Positions 26,135 to 39,870 of a stretch of DNA of 64,000 nucleotides are shown here, piece by piece. The notes beneath the pieces are model-generated. The model was not told the DNA's origin. It did not search any database and saw nothing but the letters and a program-made list of their open reading frames with translations. Every line of letters starts with the position of its first letter. The stretch's first letter is position 1. Both the position numbers and the translations under genes were made by a program. The DNA is from Octopus vulgaris (taxonomy: Eukaryota): the NCBI GenBank assembly GCA_951406725.2, contig OX597815.1, forward strand, positions 170,562,001 to 170,626,000. Direction: 5' to 3'.

Positions 26135-26290
26135 TCTATTTCTGAAGAAGCGTTTTGCTCGAAACGAAGAATGCTCTTTTTTTCCTTTCCTGAGCGTCTG
26201 ATAATACAGTACTTGTACCGCATCCTAGCATTGTTTTTTCTTGTTTGTTTTTGTTGTTGTTTTTTTGGGGGGGATTCGCTATATATATAT
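26135..26290 (+). mobile_element. Penelope-type terminal fragment with degenerate hammerhead-like core
   Basis: ctgaaga-agc-gtttt-gct-cgaaacg followed by cctgagcgt...taatac, similar to the 8398 and 56806 copies. Confidence 0.45.
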
Positions 26291-26688
26291 AAATTTATAT
26301 AAATAAGGATAAGAACGTTATTTAAAATACCGATCTTATCAGGTTGCCATCATGGGATTAAAAACCTTAAAGGTAATAATTATTATTAAAATTATAATTA
26401 AGTGTATCTAAGAGATAACACTATGGCAGAAATAGCAGCCAAAACGTGACTCTAAAACCACATTAAATGTCATACAGTACCAGGAGAGTAGACAAACAGA
26501 CAAAATAAACTAGCAAAAAATTACTGGATAATTGCTGGATAGGTTTTGGTTGCCATTTCTAGCATGGTGGTATCTCTTAGGTACCCATAATTATAATTAT
26601 ACACACACACATATATATATATATATACACATATATATATATATATACATACATGCATACATACATACATACTACATACATACATACA

Positions 26689-26725
<37 letters not shown>

Positions 26726-29542
26726 TTAAGAGCACGTGTTTTTGAAAATATTTAACGATGGTGCTTACACATTAGAAAAAGACGTCTTCCCAAAGAAGGA
26801 TAGTAACATCCTCATAAAAGATTTCCTTTTATTTTTAAAATAATATTTTAAAAAAATTAACTTAACACTTCAAAAATTGTATTTAGTATTTCTCATAGAC
26901 TTTCAAATGTATGTCTGTGTGTGTGTATACGTATATAGATACAGGTGTATAGTTCAATAGTGTATATTGTATATTATGGTGGTAGACGTAAAATATGTGA
27001 TGCCATGTCATCGATATGACTTCAGATTTCCTCGAAAGGGGTCTGGCAATCAAACTGCAGAATTCATCAGACAACTGATCAACCAGATGATTAGTTAAAT
27101 AGAGGATTATAGTAGATGGCGAGTTGTAAGCTCGCTTAGGTAAACATTTATGGTATTAATTTGTTACGCTAGGTAAACATTTATAGTATTAATATGCTTC
27201 TGACTGATATGAAAATTTCAAATAAAGAGATACCCAGAAAATCTGATATATGCATTAGGTTTGTCAAACATAACTCTCGATGTATAGGCAGAGTGAAATG
27301 TCATCTTTTAGTAAATATATTACGCCCCAGTGCTACAGCTTGTAGTGTTTAAATCCTATACTTCGTAAATTTGACACAGTCCAATGCATATAGAAAATAA
27401 ATAATAGATAAATAACATAATATGGATGATATAATAGATATGAATTAATCCAGAATTTGCTTAAAGATTGTTGAGTAGAATGCTGCATTGGGAGCGCGCT
27501 GAATCCATAAACCAGAGATCCGAGGATTGAAGCTATTCCCTGGGAAGAAATGATTATAGCTACAGGGGTTGTGGCCACATTATATTGTGTAAAAGAAATT
27601 TAAACAGGGTCAATGGTTTAGCAACTCACCACTGTACACCACGATGCAAGAACGTTGTGGTCAGAGAGCAATAACAACAGAAGTTTCGCTAAGTATATAT
27701 AATTATCGTTCGTTATAACTGAATGTCACCTCACCATTTAGCAACATAGCATCAAAATGATCAGATGCACGTTGCACCAATCTAAATCTCAAATGGTAAT
27801 ACAAATTTGTATGTATAACTTGGGTATTCATCGAAGATGCAGTTTTATATGTATACTTAGATAAATAAATACATACAAGCACACATATATGTAAACGTAT
27901 ATGTATTTTTGTACATTTATATACGCAAATATATGCATTTATATATATATATGTACACACGCACAAACATATAAATACGAACGCACTCAGGTGTATAAAC
28001 GAGTGTGTTTAGGATCAAAGCAATCCATATTTCCTTTATGAGGCATGAGGTTGCATTACCTATTCACTTCAAAATAGTTAAATGAATCACACTATCTGTA
28101 ATCTATAAATGCGAAAATATATAAATGAGACATACCGAATGCAAACGAGCTTTTTGGAACATCATTAATGTAAGTTGACTGAATAGTTGCAAAAACGATA
28201 CTTAATTCGTGTGAAATCGCAGAGGTAATCACCTATCTCATACGAAATCTACTTTATTATCGCCATAAACTATGTTAATTGCAATTATGAAGTGGAAAAT
28301 CCATCGAAGAAATCAACTTAATGAAGCTAAACCAACGGTTTATTGTTTAAGGTGAATGGCAGTATACATACAAACACACACAAGTACACACGTGTGCGTG
28401 TGTGTGCGCGTACCCGTGTGTATATGCGTGTGCTATATCGTTATATTATTTTAGAAAGTTGGTGAATGGATAAATTGAGAAGTGACACACTGATCGTTTC
28501 AGAAATTTGCATTGCCAGAGTTTCTAATGCTTTATATTATACGCTGGTATATGAACGCCTGATGTCAATTACTTTTATGAAACGGCAAACTAACTAAAGC
28601 CATTAAATTAAATAAATGAAACTTCCTAGAAGCATAAAATGAAATGGATCTAATTAAATACAACATTCAGAAATAAAATAAAATTGAAATCTATTTAAAA
28701 AGACACTTTTGTCTTATATACCTGATATGATTTATTGAGCAGAACGAACCTGTTGGAAAATAAATAAATACGTATTTTCTCGTCCTGTTAGGAAAATGGA
28801 GTTAAAACATTTCCTATAATTACAATTAAAGAAGCAAGGAAAAATTAAGATTATATTGATCTTCAATTCCAGACAAAGAAATATTAAGAGGTGTTCAGAG
28901 CAGTATTCTCTATCAGTATTGCTATGTAGCTAAACAAGTGCAACAACCACAACGACAAAACCAGAAGCAGCGGCAAGAACATCAACAATAGAAACAGAGA
29001 ACAAATGAGATAACAATTGTATTTAACATAAGTCACTGGTTTTTGTTGTAAATACATTTCAAATGTCTTTGATGTTCGTCACGTTACCGAATCTCTTCAG
29101 CTTATTTACGAACTGATTTTCTTGTGAGCTTTCTCTCATTAGTGTTTCTGTGTTTAGTTGTTTAATTACGGATTCATTAAAATATTCGGTGTTAGACTAC
29201 CAAATTAGAACGCAAGATTACTAACCTAATTAGAAGTGTTTACGATAGCTCATTCAATATTGGCAACAAAGAATTTTCCAGGTGGAACATGAACACGTGC
29301 TTACACACATACACGTATACACGTGCACAAACACTATCTCACACACATAGATTAGAGTGTAGCAGAACTTTGAGATTTCACGTATACTGTCCACATGTTA
29401 AACGCACGTAATTATATATACATACCCAGTTCAAAACATTACCATCATGACTTAACAAACATGTACACTAACTATATGGAATTCGTACATTCCATACACT
29501 CTCGCAAATAGAGCTTCATCAACATAAAAAGGTGGACGGGAA

Positions 29543-29937
29543 AGGCGGCGAGCTGGCAGAAATGTTAGCGGCATTTCGTCTGCCGCTACATTCTGAGTTC
29601 AAATTCTGCCGAGGTCGACTTTGCCTTTCATCCTTTCGGGGTCGATTTAATTATTACCAGTTACGCACTGGTGTCGATATAATCGACGTAATCCGTTTGT
29701 CTGTCCTTGTTTGTCCCTTCTGTGTTTAACCCTTTGTGGGTAGTAAAGAAATAGGTATTTCGTTTGCCGTTTCGTTCTGAGTTCAAATTCCGCCGAGGTC
29801 GACTTTGCCTTTCATCGTTTCGGGGTCGATTATATAAGTACCAGTTACGCACTGGGGTCGATATAATCGACTTAATCTGTTTGCATGTCCTTATTTGTCC
29901 CTTCTGAGTGTAGCCCCTTTTCGGCAGTAAAGAAATA
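29543..29937 (+). mobile_element. Dimeric SINE family A with perfect 19-bp TSD
   Basis: TSD ataaaaaggtggacgggaa at 29524-29542 and 29938-29956. The internal module restarts at ggtatttcgt (about 29754). Confidence 0.93.
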
Positions 29938-30461
29938 ATAAAAAGGTGGACGGGAATATGATGAAACTTACTATAAAACACATACACGTAAATCTACACA
30001 TCTCACATTAAATTGTTTTTGCACTCTCTCTAAAGCCAAACTAAATACTGCCAATTGTTTTTATTTCCCTTTGAATAACTATTTCCCCAGCATTTATATA
30101 GCACACAATTCCGCCAAACCATACTTTAATAGCGACCGTTGGTTCCTAGATATTGGTTGAATTATTATTTCACACTCAACGAATATATAATTCTTTACCT
30201 CGTAATTAGCAAGGTTTTTCGCTTTTCGGCTTCAAAATATATCAATTCGACCAGAATTCACAATTAAGGAGACAACGAGGATGCAAAACTCAGGGCGATC
30301 ACTCGATATGACAGAAATAGCACCCTACCTTGCCTCGAGTTATACACCATAGCATTTAAAATATATAAAGGTACATTGAATAATTTGGTTCTAGTTATAT
30401 TAGTCTTCAAAAACATGGTAGCCACGCCTTGAACATATTTGATCAGATCTGTCCAATAATA

Positions 30462-30891
30462 GTTTCAAAATTTGGCACAAAGTCTGTAATTCCCGGGGAT
30501 GTGGTAAGTCGATTGCATCGACTCCAGAAATCAACTGGTACTTATTTTATCGACCCAGAAATCTTTAGGCGGAAGTTGCATAACACAGTATATGTTGTGT
30601 GGGCAGTATATTACGTGTATAAACATCTAATTACAGTATTTTTATTTTCGACATATATATGTAGTCATTTGGTGATTTATCGTATTAGGTTTCTTGATAC
30701 TTTGCACTCACTGATTTCCCTCGCTCTCTTTCACTTTCACTCTCTCTCACTCTCTCTCTCTCTCTCTCTCCTGTTGATGAATGGCCGAAGGTAAGGTGGA
30801 ACTCGGCAGTATTTGAACACAGAACATAAAGATGGAGAACATGCCGCTAAGCATTTTCCCGGCATGCTAAAAATTCTGCCATCTCACCGCC
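30462..30891 (-). mobile_element. SINE family A split by a ~210-bp insertion
   Basis: The 3' half is 30462-30561 and the 5' half is about 30776-30891. Degenerate TSD agatctgtccaataat (30445-30460) / agatatgcccagtaat (30894-30909). Confidence 0.8.
30567..30783 (+). repeat. Direct duplicate of 32007-32212
   Basis: aggcggaagttgcataacacagtat...ctgatttccctcgctctc...gatgaatg is present at both loci. Confidence 0.9.
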
Positions 30892-32006
30892 TGAGATATG
30901 CCCAGTAATGTTTGACCTCAAGTTATACAACAAAAACAACAAGAGGACCATACTACAGCTAGTTCAAATTAGATCATACTCTGATGGAAACTAATCATAA
31001 TGCGCAAAAATTATTCTGAAGTAAACATTCATTATTGAACTTGTTTTATATAAAAGCATAAATAAATTGAAAAATAAATATGTCGTCGACAAAGTAGAAA
31101 ATATAATTGATTTGTAGTAATGAAGTAATTTAAAGGAATAAGTGAGGTGTCTCATTGAATACATGTTTCAGGGTGAAATTGTAATATACGCATGCACACA
31201 TGCGTATACACATATTCTCGTTATTCTTGTGTATACATACACTCGACTGCGCAGTCACACATACACACATGGAGATGTATAAAGACACATACATATACAC
31301 AGAAACGCGAACATGTATATATTTTATCAAAAATTTCTTCCTGACAATCTCTAGTTTTCATTCTTTTTCAAATAATCATCTCCACTGAGACAAATGTATT
31401 GAGATTGTTTAAAATAATAATAACATTGAAAAAAATATGACAAGAAATATGGTTTAGTATTGTCAATGACAACACGTAAAATATAAAATAAATCCAATGA
31501 TATGAATGATAATTAAATCTGATATTGTCATGGATGAAGATTTTGCATTTTATATATTAATTTAAAACAACTATGTTCCCACCAACAAAGAAATAACGAT
31601 TATAAAAATAACAATTATATACCAAATGACAAAAATGATAATAAAAATATGATATGAGAATCAATAAATCTAGCTGGAAGTAGATTTTAAGATAAACTAA
31701 TTTCTGTATATTTTTCTTTTTTCGTATAAATGCTAAATGTGATTTCAATTGCAAGTAATACACATCAGATTTCTGAATAAATATTATCACAGCTGTATTT
31801 TAAATTGATATTACATTTAAAAAGAAAAAAAATATTTATGAATGTGTATGTTTAATTATATAAGTATAATTGTGGTTATCTTCGAGTAAGCTTTTAAATT
31901 ATGCATGTTTATGTAATTGACTATGTGTGCCATGTCAATATACTCTACTGAATTCCCTGAAAAAAAAGCCCTTCATATACGTTTTGTATTTACTGATGAT
32001 TGCTCG

Positions 32007-32212
32007 AGGCGGAAGTTGCATAACACAGTATTTGCTGTGTGGGCAGTATTTTACGTGTATAAACATCTAAATACAGTATTTATATTTTCGACATATCATA
32101 AATGTAGTCATTCGTTGATTTGTTGTATTAGGCTTGTTGATACCTTACACTGATTTCCCTCGCTCTCATTCAATTTTCCTCTCTATCTCTCTCACTCAAC
32201 TATCGATGAATG
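32007..32212 (+). repeat. Direct duplicate of 30567-30783 (probable donor)
   Basis: Same shared sequence. This copy is not embedded in a SINE. Confidence 0.9.
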
Positions 32213-32251
32213 TATATACGTATGGTATGTATTTATACGTTTTGGCATCTT

Positions 32252-32336
<85 letters not shown>

Positions 32337-32353
32337 CTTGTATATATACATAC

Positions 32354-32394
<41 letters not shown>

Positions 32395-33564
32395 CATATA
32401 CACACATATACACACATGCATATATGCACGTTGAAGTATGAGAATGCATATATCGGTGAGTTTCTCTGTGTATGTGTGTGTGTGTGTATGCGTGCGCGCA
32501 CACGTGCTTTTTGCATGTGCGTGTGTTCAACTACGCATTTTGCTTTTCACTGTGCGTTGCTTGTTGTGTGTGGGGGGAAGCCAATGTAAATTTTATGTCT
32601 ATTGAAATGCTTCAAGAGATTATATAAATCTATGATTAACTGTTCGTGCATGTGAAGGATCTGATCAAACTTCAGTTCAATATAATATCGTGTATATCTA
32701 CGTGTAAACTTGCGTATTTATGCGAAAATAACTGTGGATTTATTCAAGTATTTTCTTACGTGAGGAAAATTATACATATGTTCCCAAATAAACACATGAA
32801 TTCGAAAGAATCACTAGAAAAAACTGCCGAAGGACGCCTACTGCATTAATGACGTAATAATAAGGCAGGGAATAGCATACTTGTAGTAGTGTGAAAGGAG
32901 GTGCATTGGCAGAATCACTAGAGTGTGTTGAATTTGCTCAGTAGTTCGTCAGTAGTTGTAGGATTAGATTAAATGCCCCGCTGTATTCGTTCCAGTCACA
33001 GGTATTCCTAGATCGAATCCCACTCAAATCAACTTTGGAATTAATTATTTCGGCGTTGCTGGAGAGATCAAAATCCTTAGAGCAGTGTAGTGGCAGACAT
33101 ATGATGACGGGGCAAGGTATTGTGCAACATTGGATCCAAAGCTTTGCATTCTCGCAGCAATGGCTGCAAGGACAATGGTAACAAAGTATAACAGCAAACT
33201 TTTACTTCGATAAACATCGGTAGAGTGGAGAAGGAGAACTTTTAATCATAGACATATTATAGCCTTTCTCAAAACATCTTGTCGTAGCCTTCACATATAT
33301 GTGCAGAAGCATGGTTAACCTTGAGTGATAGAGGCGCTAATATAACATGTAACACCGATTTTTATTTTTATTTGTTATATGTACAGCCATCATAACGAAG
33401 CAAAAATTTTGAAATGACAGCGGGAATGACCGCAAATTTCAATTTTTTTTCAACACGGAAAGCAGTAAAAAGCAAGATTGGACCAGTTTCCAAAGAATTG
33501 TAACTTTTCAGCAATACACATTCCCATTGTTTATATCAAACAGCTGAAAATTGTATATGCAAAA

Positions 33565-33623
33565 TTGTAGGGGACCCCAAAAGCGTATAGCACCGAGGTC
33601 CCACTATACCTAAATACGGCACT
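33565..33623 (+). mobile_element. Possible hAT-like DNA transposon terminus
   Basis: Ends ...cctaaatacggcact; the reverse complement is close to CAGTGCCGGATTTAGG-type termini (from memory). It has a subterminal gggXccc motif. Confidence 0.3.
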
Positions 33624-34519
33624 TCATTGTAATGTGATTGTTATTCGTTTTCTCAGTAATAATATGTACATACTCTATGACATCACCTATAATATAAACG
33701 GTGTTTGATATTATTTAATACTAGGTCAGCAGTGTTCGGGCAGGCGTATAACAAAATGTTTTATAGGCTTTGATGGCAGAAATAAGTTACGCAATTTAAC
33801 TTTTCCCTATTTAAGGTGATGATAGGATGACGTGAACGCGTGTTATTTGAGAGAAAAATGACTTCCTATTTCTAGCGAATGAGACGAACAAGCTGAAGAT
33901 CTCTCGTTATCCAAATGTCTGGAATTTATTTGAAATGCGATGTCTCGTTATTAATTTTATTGTCCGAAAAGCATAGCATGCGTCTGTCTTCCCAAGAAGC
34001 ATAATGTTACATGAAAGACGCGATATGTTACATGCATTATACAATTCAATTAGTAATATCGTTATGTGAGGAAATTAGAATGAAACAAAAGATATAAAAG
34101 TAATAAACAAGAGTAATATTCTGATAATGCGGCAATTAAACATACCTTTGAAAGAACTAATTAAAATTTATAGCTATCGATTTTGTCTATACATATACGG
34201 CAAATAAGAAAATGGAGAGGATACAAAACGACATACCTCAGCCGGTAGACATTTCAGTGTGTCTATTTATTCCAAAGCATTAGAAAGTATTAAAAGAAAG
34301 CATACACATGTAGTAACTACGTGTTACACACATATGTGTTAATATTACAGAAAAGAGCAAAAGATCAGTTCCTTACGGCCGTTTCTGCAAAGAGGCAACG
34401 AAATCCTCCATGCCATCTCCATCTCTTCAGTGTTCTGTACGGATGGGCAGATAAAGTTTGGCTGATCAGTGTGGCCTCTAGGCTTCTTCGGAGGGTCAAA
34501 GTAGTTAGGAGAGCTAATA

Positions 34520-34900
34520 CATTTAATAAACAGTTAACAATAGGTACAGTGAATTTGTCATTATTAAAAAGGGCAGAAAAAGAATAGGAGCAAACGTGAG
34601 GTTGTGAGAGAAGTACAACTTATTAAAACGAATTAGGTATAGGTAGAGGAAATAAGCTGCAAACTTCTCGTGATGTATTTCAGGATCCACGTTACTTCGT
34701 CCAATGGTGGATAGGTGAGTATAGTTGTTCTTGGGATGAGTTTTTATGACGGGTGAATTTAGGTAGTAGTTCGCAATACGTTTACATAGAAATTCACTTT
34801 AGGTTTACATAGAAATAGAGTGGTGGATTTGAAGGTATGGTTCGTGTTACGGAGATGAAAGCTCATACGTAAAGAGTGAGCGACTAGGTGCAACGTTGCG
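34520..34900 (+). mobile_element. Heavily decayed RTE-like endonuclease start (tentative)
   Basis: KQLTIGTVNL resembles the first strand of RTE APE domains (xGTxNV). Downstream motifs are barely recognisable. Confidence 0.3.
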
Positions 34901-35105
34901 TATGGCATGACATGGATATGAATAATTGGGTACACTACCAGCAATATATTGGGTAGTTACTATCTTTTAGTTGGTTGGTTTCCGATATGTGTATGTATGT
35001 ATGTATGTATATATATATATATATATACGTCTGTATGTGTGTGTATACGTATATATAATTTATCTATACCGTTCTATATTTAAGAGATGTGGACTCATGT
35101 ACATT

Positions 35106-35312
35106 ATTTACATTATTTACAATTGACGGATATTTGTCCTCATCTTGTTTGTTGTTAACTCAAGGTTTCGGCTTACATACCCTCCGGCCTTCATCAGGTG
35201 CGTTATTATATTCAAGCAAGGTGGTATTAGCTGGAGGGTATATCAGTCGAAACGTTGTGTTAACAACAAACAAGATGAAAAGAAATATCCGTCAATTGTA
35301 AATAATGTAAAT
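35106..35312. mobile_element. Foldback element made of two inverted Penelope-type termini containing hammerhead cores
   Basis: Arms of about 83 bp (35106-35189 / 35230-35312). The left arm on the minus strand has CUGAUGA-AGGC...GCC-GAAAC. The right arm has GCUG...CAGUC-GAAACGUU-GUGU. Confidence 0.7.
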
Positions 35313-35566
35313 TTATTTATATCTAGTCATTACTCGTTTTGATAGGCAGTCAGTAAAAATTTAAAACAAACATTTCTATTATACGCACAAAACTTATCTT
35401 TATAAAACCCGAAAAGCAAAGTAGACCAAGGGTGCATCTGAACTCAGAACGAAAGACGTGCAAAGCGTTCTAACGATCTTGCCTTTATCGCAAACCCAAA
35501 ATACTATTTTAAAAGGACATGCAAATACCTTATCATATAGCACGAATGTATATGTAGTACATATAC

Positions 35567-35598
<32 letters not shown>

Positions 35599-35799
35599 TT
35601 ACATATATATATTAATTCACCTCGGAAAAAAGTTTTTTGTGTAAACTCTCATCATCATTACAACACACACAACCTAAATATAAATAAATATATCCATATA
35701 TATATATAAGATGTTTGGATATATATATATGTATATATACCTAATAAAGCCTGTCTTTGTATGAAACAATTGTACTAAAAACTAATCCATTCTTGTATG

Positions 35800-36039
<240 letters not shown>

Positions 36040-36988
36040 AAATTATGACGAGAGAAATAGAATGATATTTATTTACCCATGGAATTATTTTTATCTCACA
36101 ACGATTGTTTCGCAACGTAAGGCATGCAAAGATAATTTGGTTTGTTATATATTATAATAAATGTATCACTTACATGTCTATATAGTAATATAAAAATCGT
36201 TTAAATCAATATAGATATTAAGCTAGCGCCTCCGGTGTCAGAAAAATCCGTGTTACATAGTGAACTCTCGATGTAACGTTTGATGAACAGAAATCCAATA
36301 TTAAAAAAAAGCACTCTAATAGTTATGAAAGACAATAAATAAGACAGTTTTCAAACAAAGGGAATTGAATTTTAGTAATATAATTAAAAAGTAACAGGTA
36401 GATAATATTGTATAAGAAAAAGATATGTGATAGATCGTAAAAAAAAGGAGAAAAATAGAGAAAATAATAATAAATCCCTCCTGAAACTAAATAAATGTTT
36501 TTAGAGATAATGTTTACAAAATATAGGGATTAATATCAACAAAAGAAAAGAAACTTAAAAAGTATGGAAGACGAAAAGAATATAATTCTTAAAAATGAGA
36601 TGTGCATATATGTGCTTGTGGAAAACGTTTGTGTGTGTGTGTGTGTGTGTGTGTGAGCGACAGAGAGTGTGTGTGTGTGAGAGAGAGATAATGTGTGTGT
36701 ATATATGTGTGTGAGTGTGCGTGTGTGCTTGTTTGTTTGTGCACATAAGTATAAGCAATCTATATGATTAATTGAAGACAGCAAAGTGCGAGATAAAAAG
36801 AGGGAGAAAGAAAAGGAGAGAGAGAGAAAAACCAGGACAGAGAAGCGTCCTTGACGTGAGGTAGGAAGAACGTAATATTTATTCTGTGGTTAAAATAAAT
36901 GTTCAAGGTATCGATGGGAGAGGGGTGATGTTCGGATTGTGACGTTTAAAAAAAGGCAGAAAGTCAGGGAGAGAAGGAGAGAGAGAGG

Positions 36989-37040
<52 letters not shown>

Positions 37041-37919
37041 GAGAGATGATAGTGGTTGAGGTGGCGATAGTGAGTGAATACCGGAAAGCTTAGTTTTTTT
37101 ATTGAACTAAATTTATTATATCGTCTCTTCCTTAACGTATGCACATAAGTGCAATTATTGATTTTCTGATCCCTTGAAAATTTATATTTGTTATAAAATA
37201 TGGATGATAACGTAAACTGAGAAGAGAAAGAATGAGACCGAAACAGTAGAACAATCAAAGGAGCCTCAGCTTGAAGAGAAAATATGAATCAGAATTTAGA
37301 GTGAATATTTATAACAGATACGGGAACGCGATCATGATAGAATATAAAATGATAATCTGAGAACGTCAGATACACAATAAAAATATGATTGAAATTTGCA
37401 ACATTGGTGACATGAATATTCTGAGCAATCATTGAAAAACACTTAGATTTATAAACGCGCCTCTGAAGTTGCAACAAAATGGGAAAATCATGTTCTTCCA
37501 AATACAGCCTCATTCAGAAGAACTGGAGGGTGTTTTTAAATAAAATTAATACTGAATATGCAATTTATAAAGGAAAGCAGTTTTTTTATGGCGCTATATA
37601 AACTTAAATCCATTTCAATACTTTCGTATTTACTATGATTTACTATGAAATTTCCAGGGGTGCAGCTAGTCTACATATTGATACGCTCTGGCCGAAATGC
37701 ATTACACTGTCATGTGATTAGCTGACATGGAAGGCAAAAAGCGAGAGAGAAAGTGTGGGAGAGAAGTGAGGTCAGGGGAACATAATGTTTTTTACGTGGT
37801 AAAAATGTTAGCTGAAGGGAGTGATGTAGAGAAAGAAATTTAGAAATGCAATGTTTAGCAGATGGGTGATGTTCTGGTGATACGGTTAAAGAAAAGCAAA
37901 TAGAGAGAGTGAGAGAGAC

Positions 37920-37950
<31 letters not shown>

Positions 37951-38089
37951 AATAGAGAAGATCTACATTATTAGAGAGTGCTAAGTAGGTAGGTTGCAAG
38001 ATACATGTAGAAATTGTTGCATACGCGTGCACAAACACAAACATTTCCCAGATATTTAGCTGTTATTCTTAACAGGTTATTTTCAATTT

Positions 38090-38525
38090 TAGATAACGGG
38101 AGGGGGGTGGCGAGGGCTGTATGGATTGATTTTGGAGTACTTTATAGAAACTTGGAAATTAAATATTTTTTCCATATTCTTAATCTCCATATTTTTCCAA
38201 TTTTTTTCAATATACAAATTGAAAAAAATTGATAAAAAGTCATAAATTTGAAATTCGGGAAAAGGGGGAATTGAAAAATGTTTTTTTTTTTTCTTTGCAT
38301 ATTCGGAAACTTCGTCATTGAAAACATAGGAATCCATTGAAAAAATTGGGATGGTCGTGTGGTGAGTGCGGCTACAAGGGCCAAAATTCACCCCACACCC
38401 CGCAGCCTAGAATCTCCCCCGAGTAATGGAAAGCTTTAATGCCAAATTTGGTACAGATTGATCCAGTGGTTTGGCCACGCATCGAGGAGACACACACACA
38501 CACATACAGACAGTGAATTTTATAT
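38090..38525 (+). mobile_element. Possible non-autonomous Helitron/Helentron-like element 3' region
   Basis: gccaaatttggt...gatccagtggttt, then (CA)n/acagaca, then tttatatat. This end architecture is typical of rolling-circle non-autonomous elements (from memory). Confidence 0.4.
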
Positions 38526-39050
38526 ATTCTTTTCTACTCGAGGCACAAGGCCCGAAATTTTCGGGGAGCGAGAGCCAGTCGATTAGAACGACCCTAGTAC
38601 TCAACTGGCACTTAATTTATCGACCCCGAAAGGATGAAAGGCAAAGTCAACCTCGGCGGAATTAGAACCCAGAACGTAAAGACAGACGAAATACCTGTTT
38701 CTTTACTACCCACAAGGGGCTAAACACAGTGAGGACAAACAAGGACAGACAAACAGATTAAGTCGATGACATCGACTCCAGTGCGTAACTGGTATTTAAT
38801 TCATCGACCCCGAAAGGATGAAAGGCAAAGTCGACCTCGGCGGAATTAGAACCAAGAACGTAAAAACAGACGAAATACTGTTACTACCCATAACGGGCTA
38901 AACACAGAGAGGACAAACAAGGACAGACAAACGGATTAAGTCGACTATATCGACCTCAGTGTGTAACTGGTACTTATTTAATCGACCCCCCCAAAGGATG
39001 AAAGACAAAGTCGACCTCGGCGGAATTAGAACCAAGAACCTAAAAACAGG
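38526..39050 (-). mobile_element. Trimeric SINE family A (three core modules), 5'-truncated
   Basis: Three copies of aaaggatgaaag.caaagtc.acctcggcggaattagaacc.agaac sharing the diagnostic variant attagaacc. Two type-2 tails and one type-1 tail. Confidence 0.9.
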
Positions 39051-39054
39051 AAAG

Positions 39055-39056
<2 letters not shown>

Positions 39057-39119
<63 letters not shown>

Positions 39120-39140
39120 GAGAGAGAGAGAGTGAGAGAG
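39057..39140. repeat. (GA)n microsatellite
   Basis: Direct inspection. Confidence 0.95.
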
Positions 39141-39619
39141 ATAGGGGCGGGAAAGAGACAACGAGGGAGAGAGAGATAAATCGTATCTTTATGTTTGTTT
39201 TTATTCGCATATTTATATATGCATTCGGCAAACACTAGAAATAGTAAATCATAAATTTTATATTATGTTTTTTTTTTACACAGGGTATTTATATCAGTGG
39301 TGATTCATTATCGATTAAATAATTGATGAGAAAATAATTTTACAGTGAAAATGCTGAAATTATTAATTTTAACGAGGAGGTTTTTCATATCGTCACTACA
39401 GTTTATACCAATATCAATATTAGCATATATATTACTTAAATTTTCATCCGTGATTTCATTAGAATTCTGTTGTACATTCTTAATTTTGAATATGTCGTTT
39501 TCATTAATTTGAATATTGTGAGGGTATTTTCCTGATAATATTATATATTTCATATGTCAACAATTGCATTAAAGGTCAACTTCCGGTGATCCGAATCAGC
39601 GATATCGGCATCGGTTTCC

Positions 39620-39870
<251 letters not shown>

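Noticed and set aside
31990-32030. CTGATGA...GGAAG hammerhead candidate
   Set aside because: It lacks GAAA, stem III and stem I pairing.
38526-39050. Regularly spaced repeats resembling a CRISPR array
   Set aside because: The units are ~180-bp SINE modules with non-unique intervening sequence, in a eukaryotic context with no cas genes.
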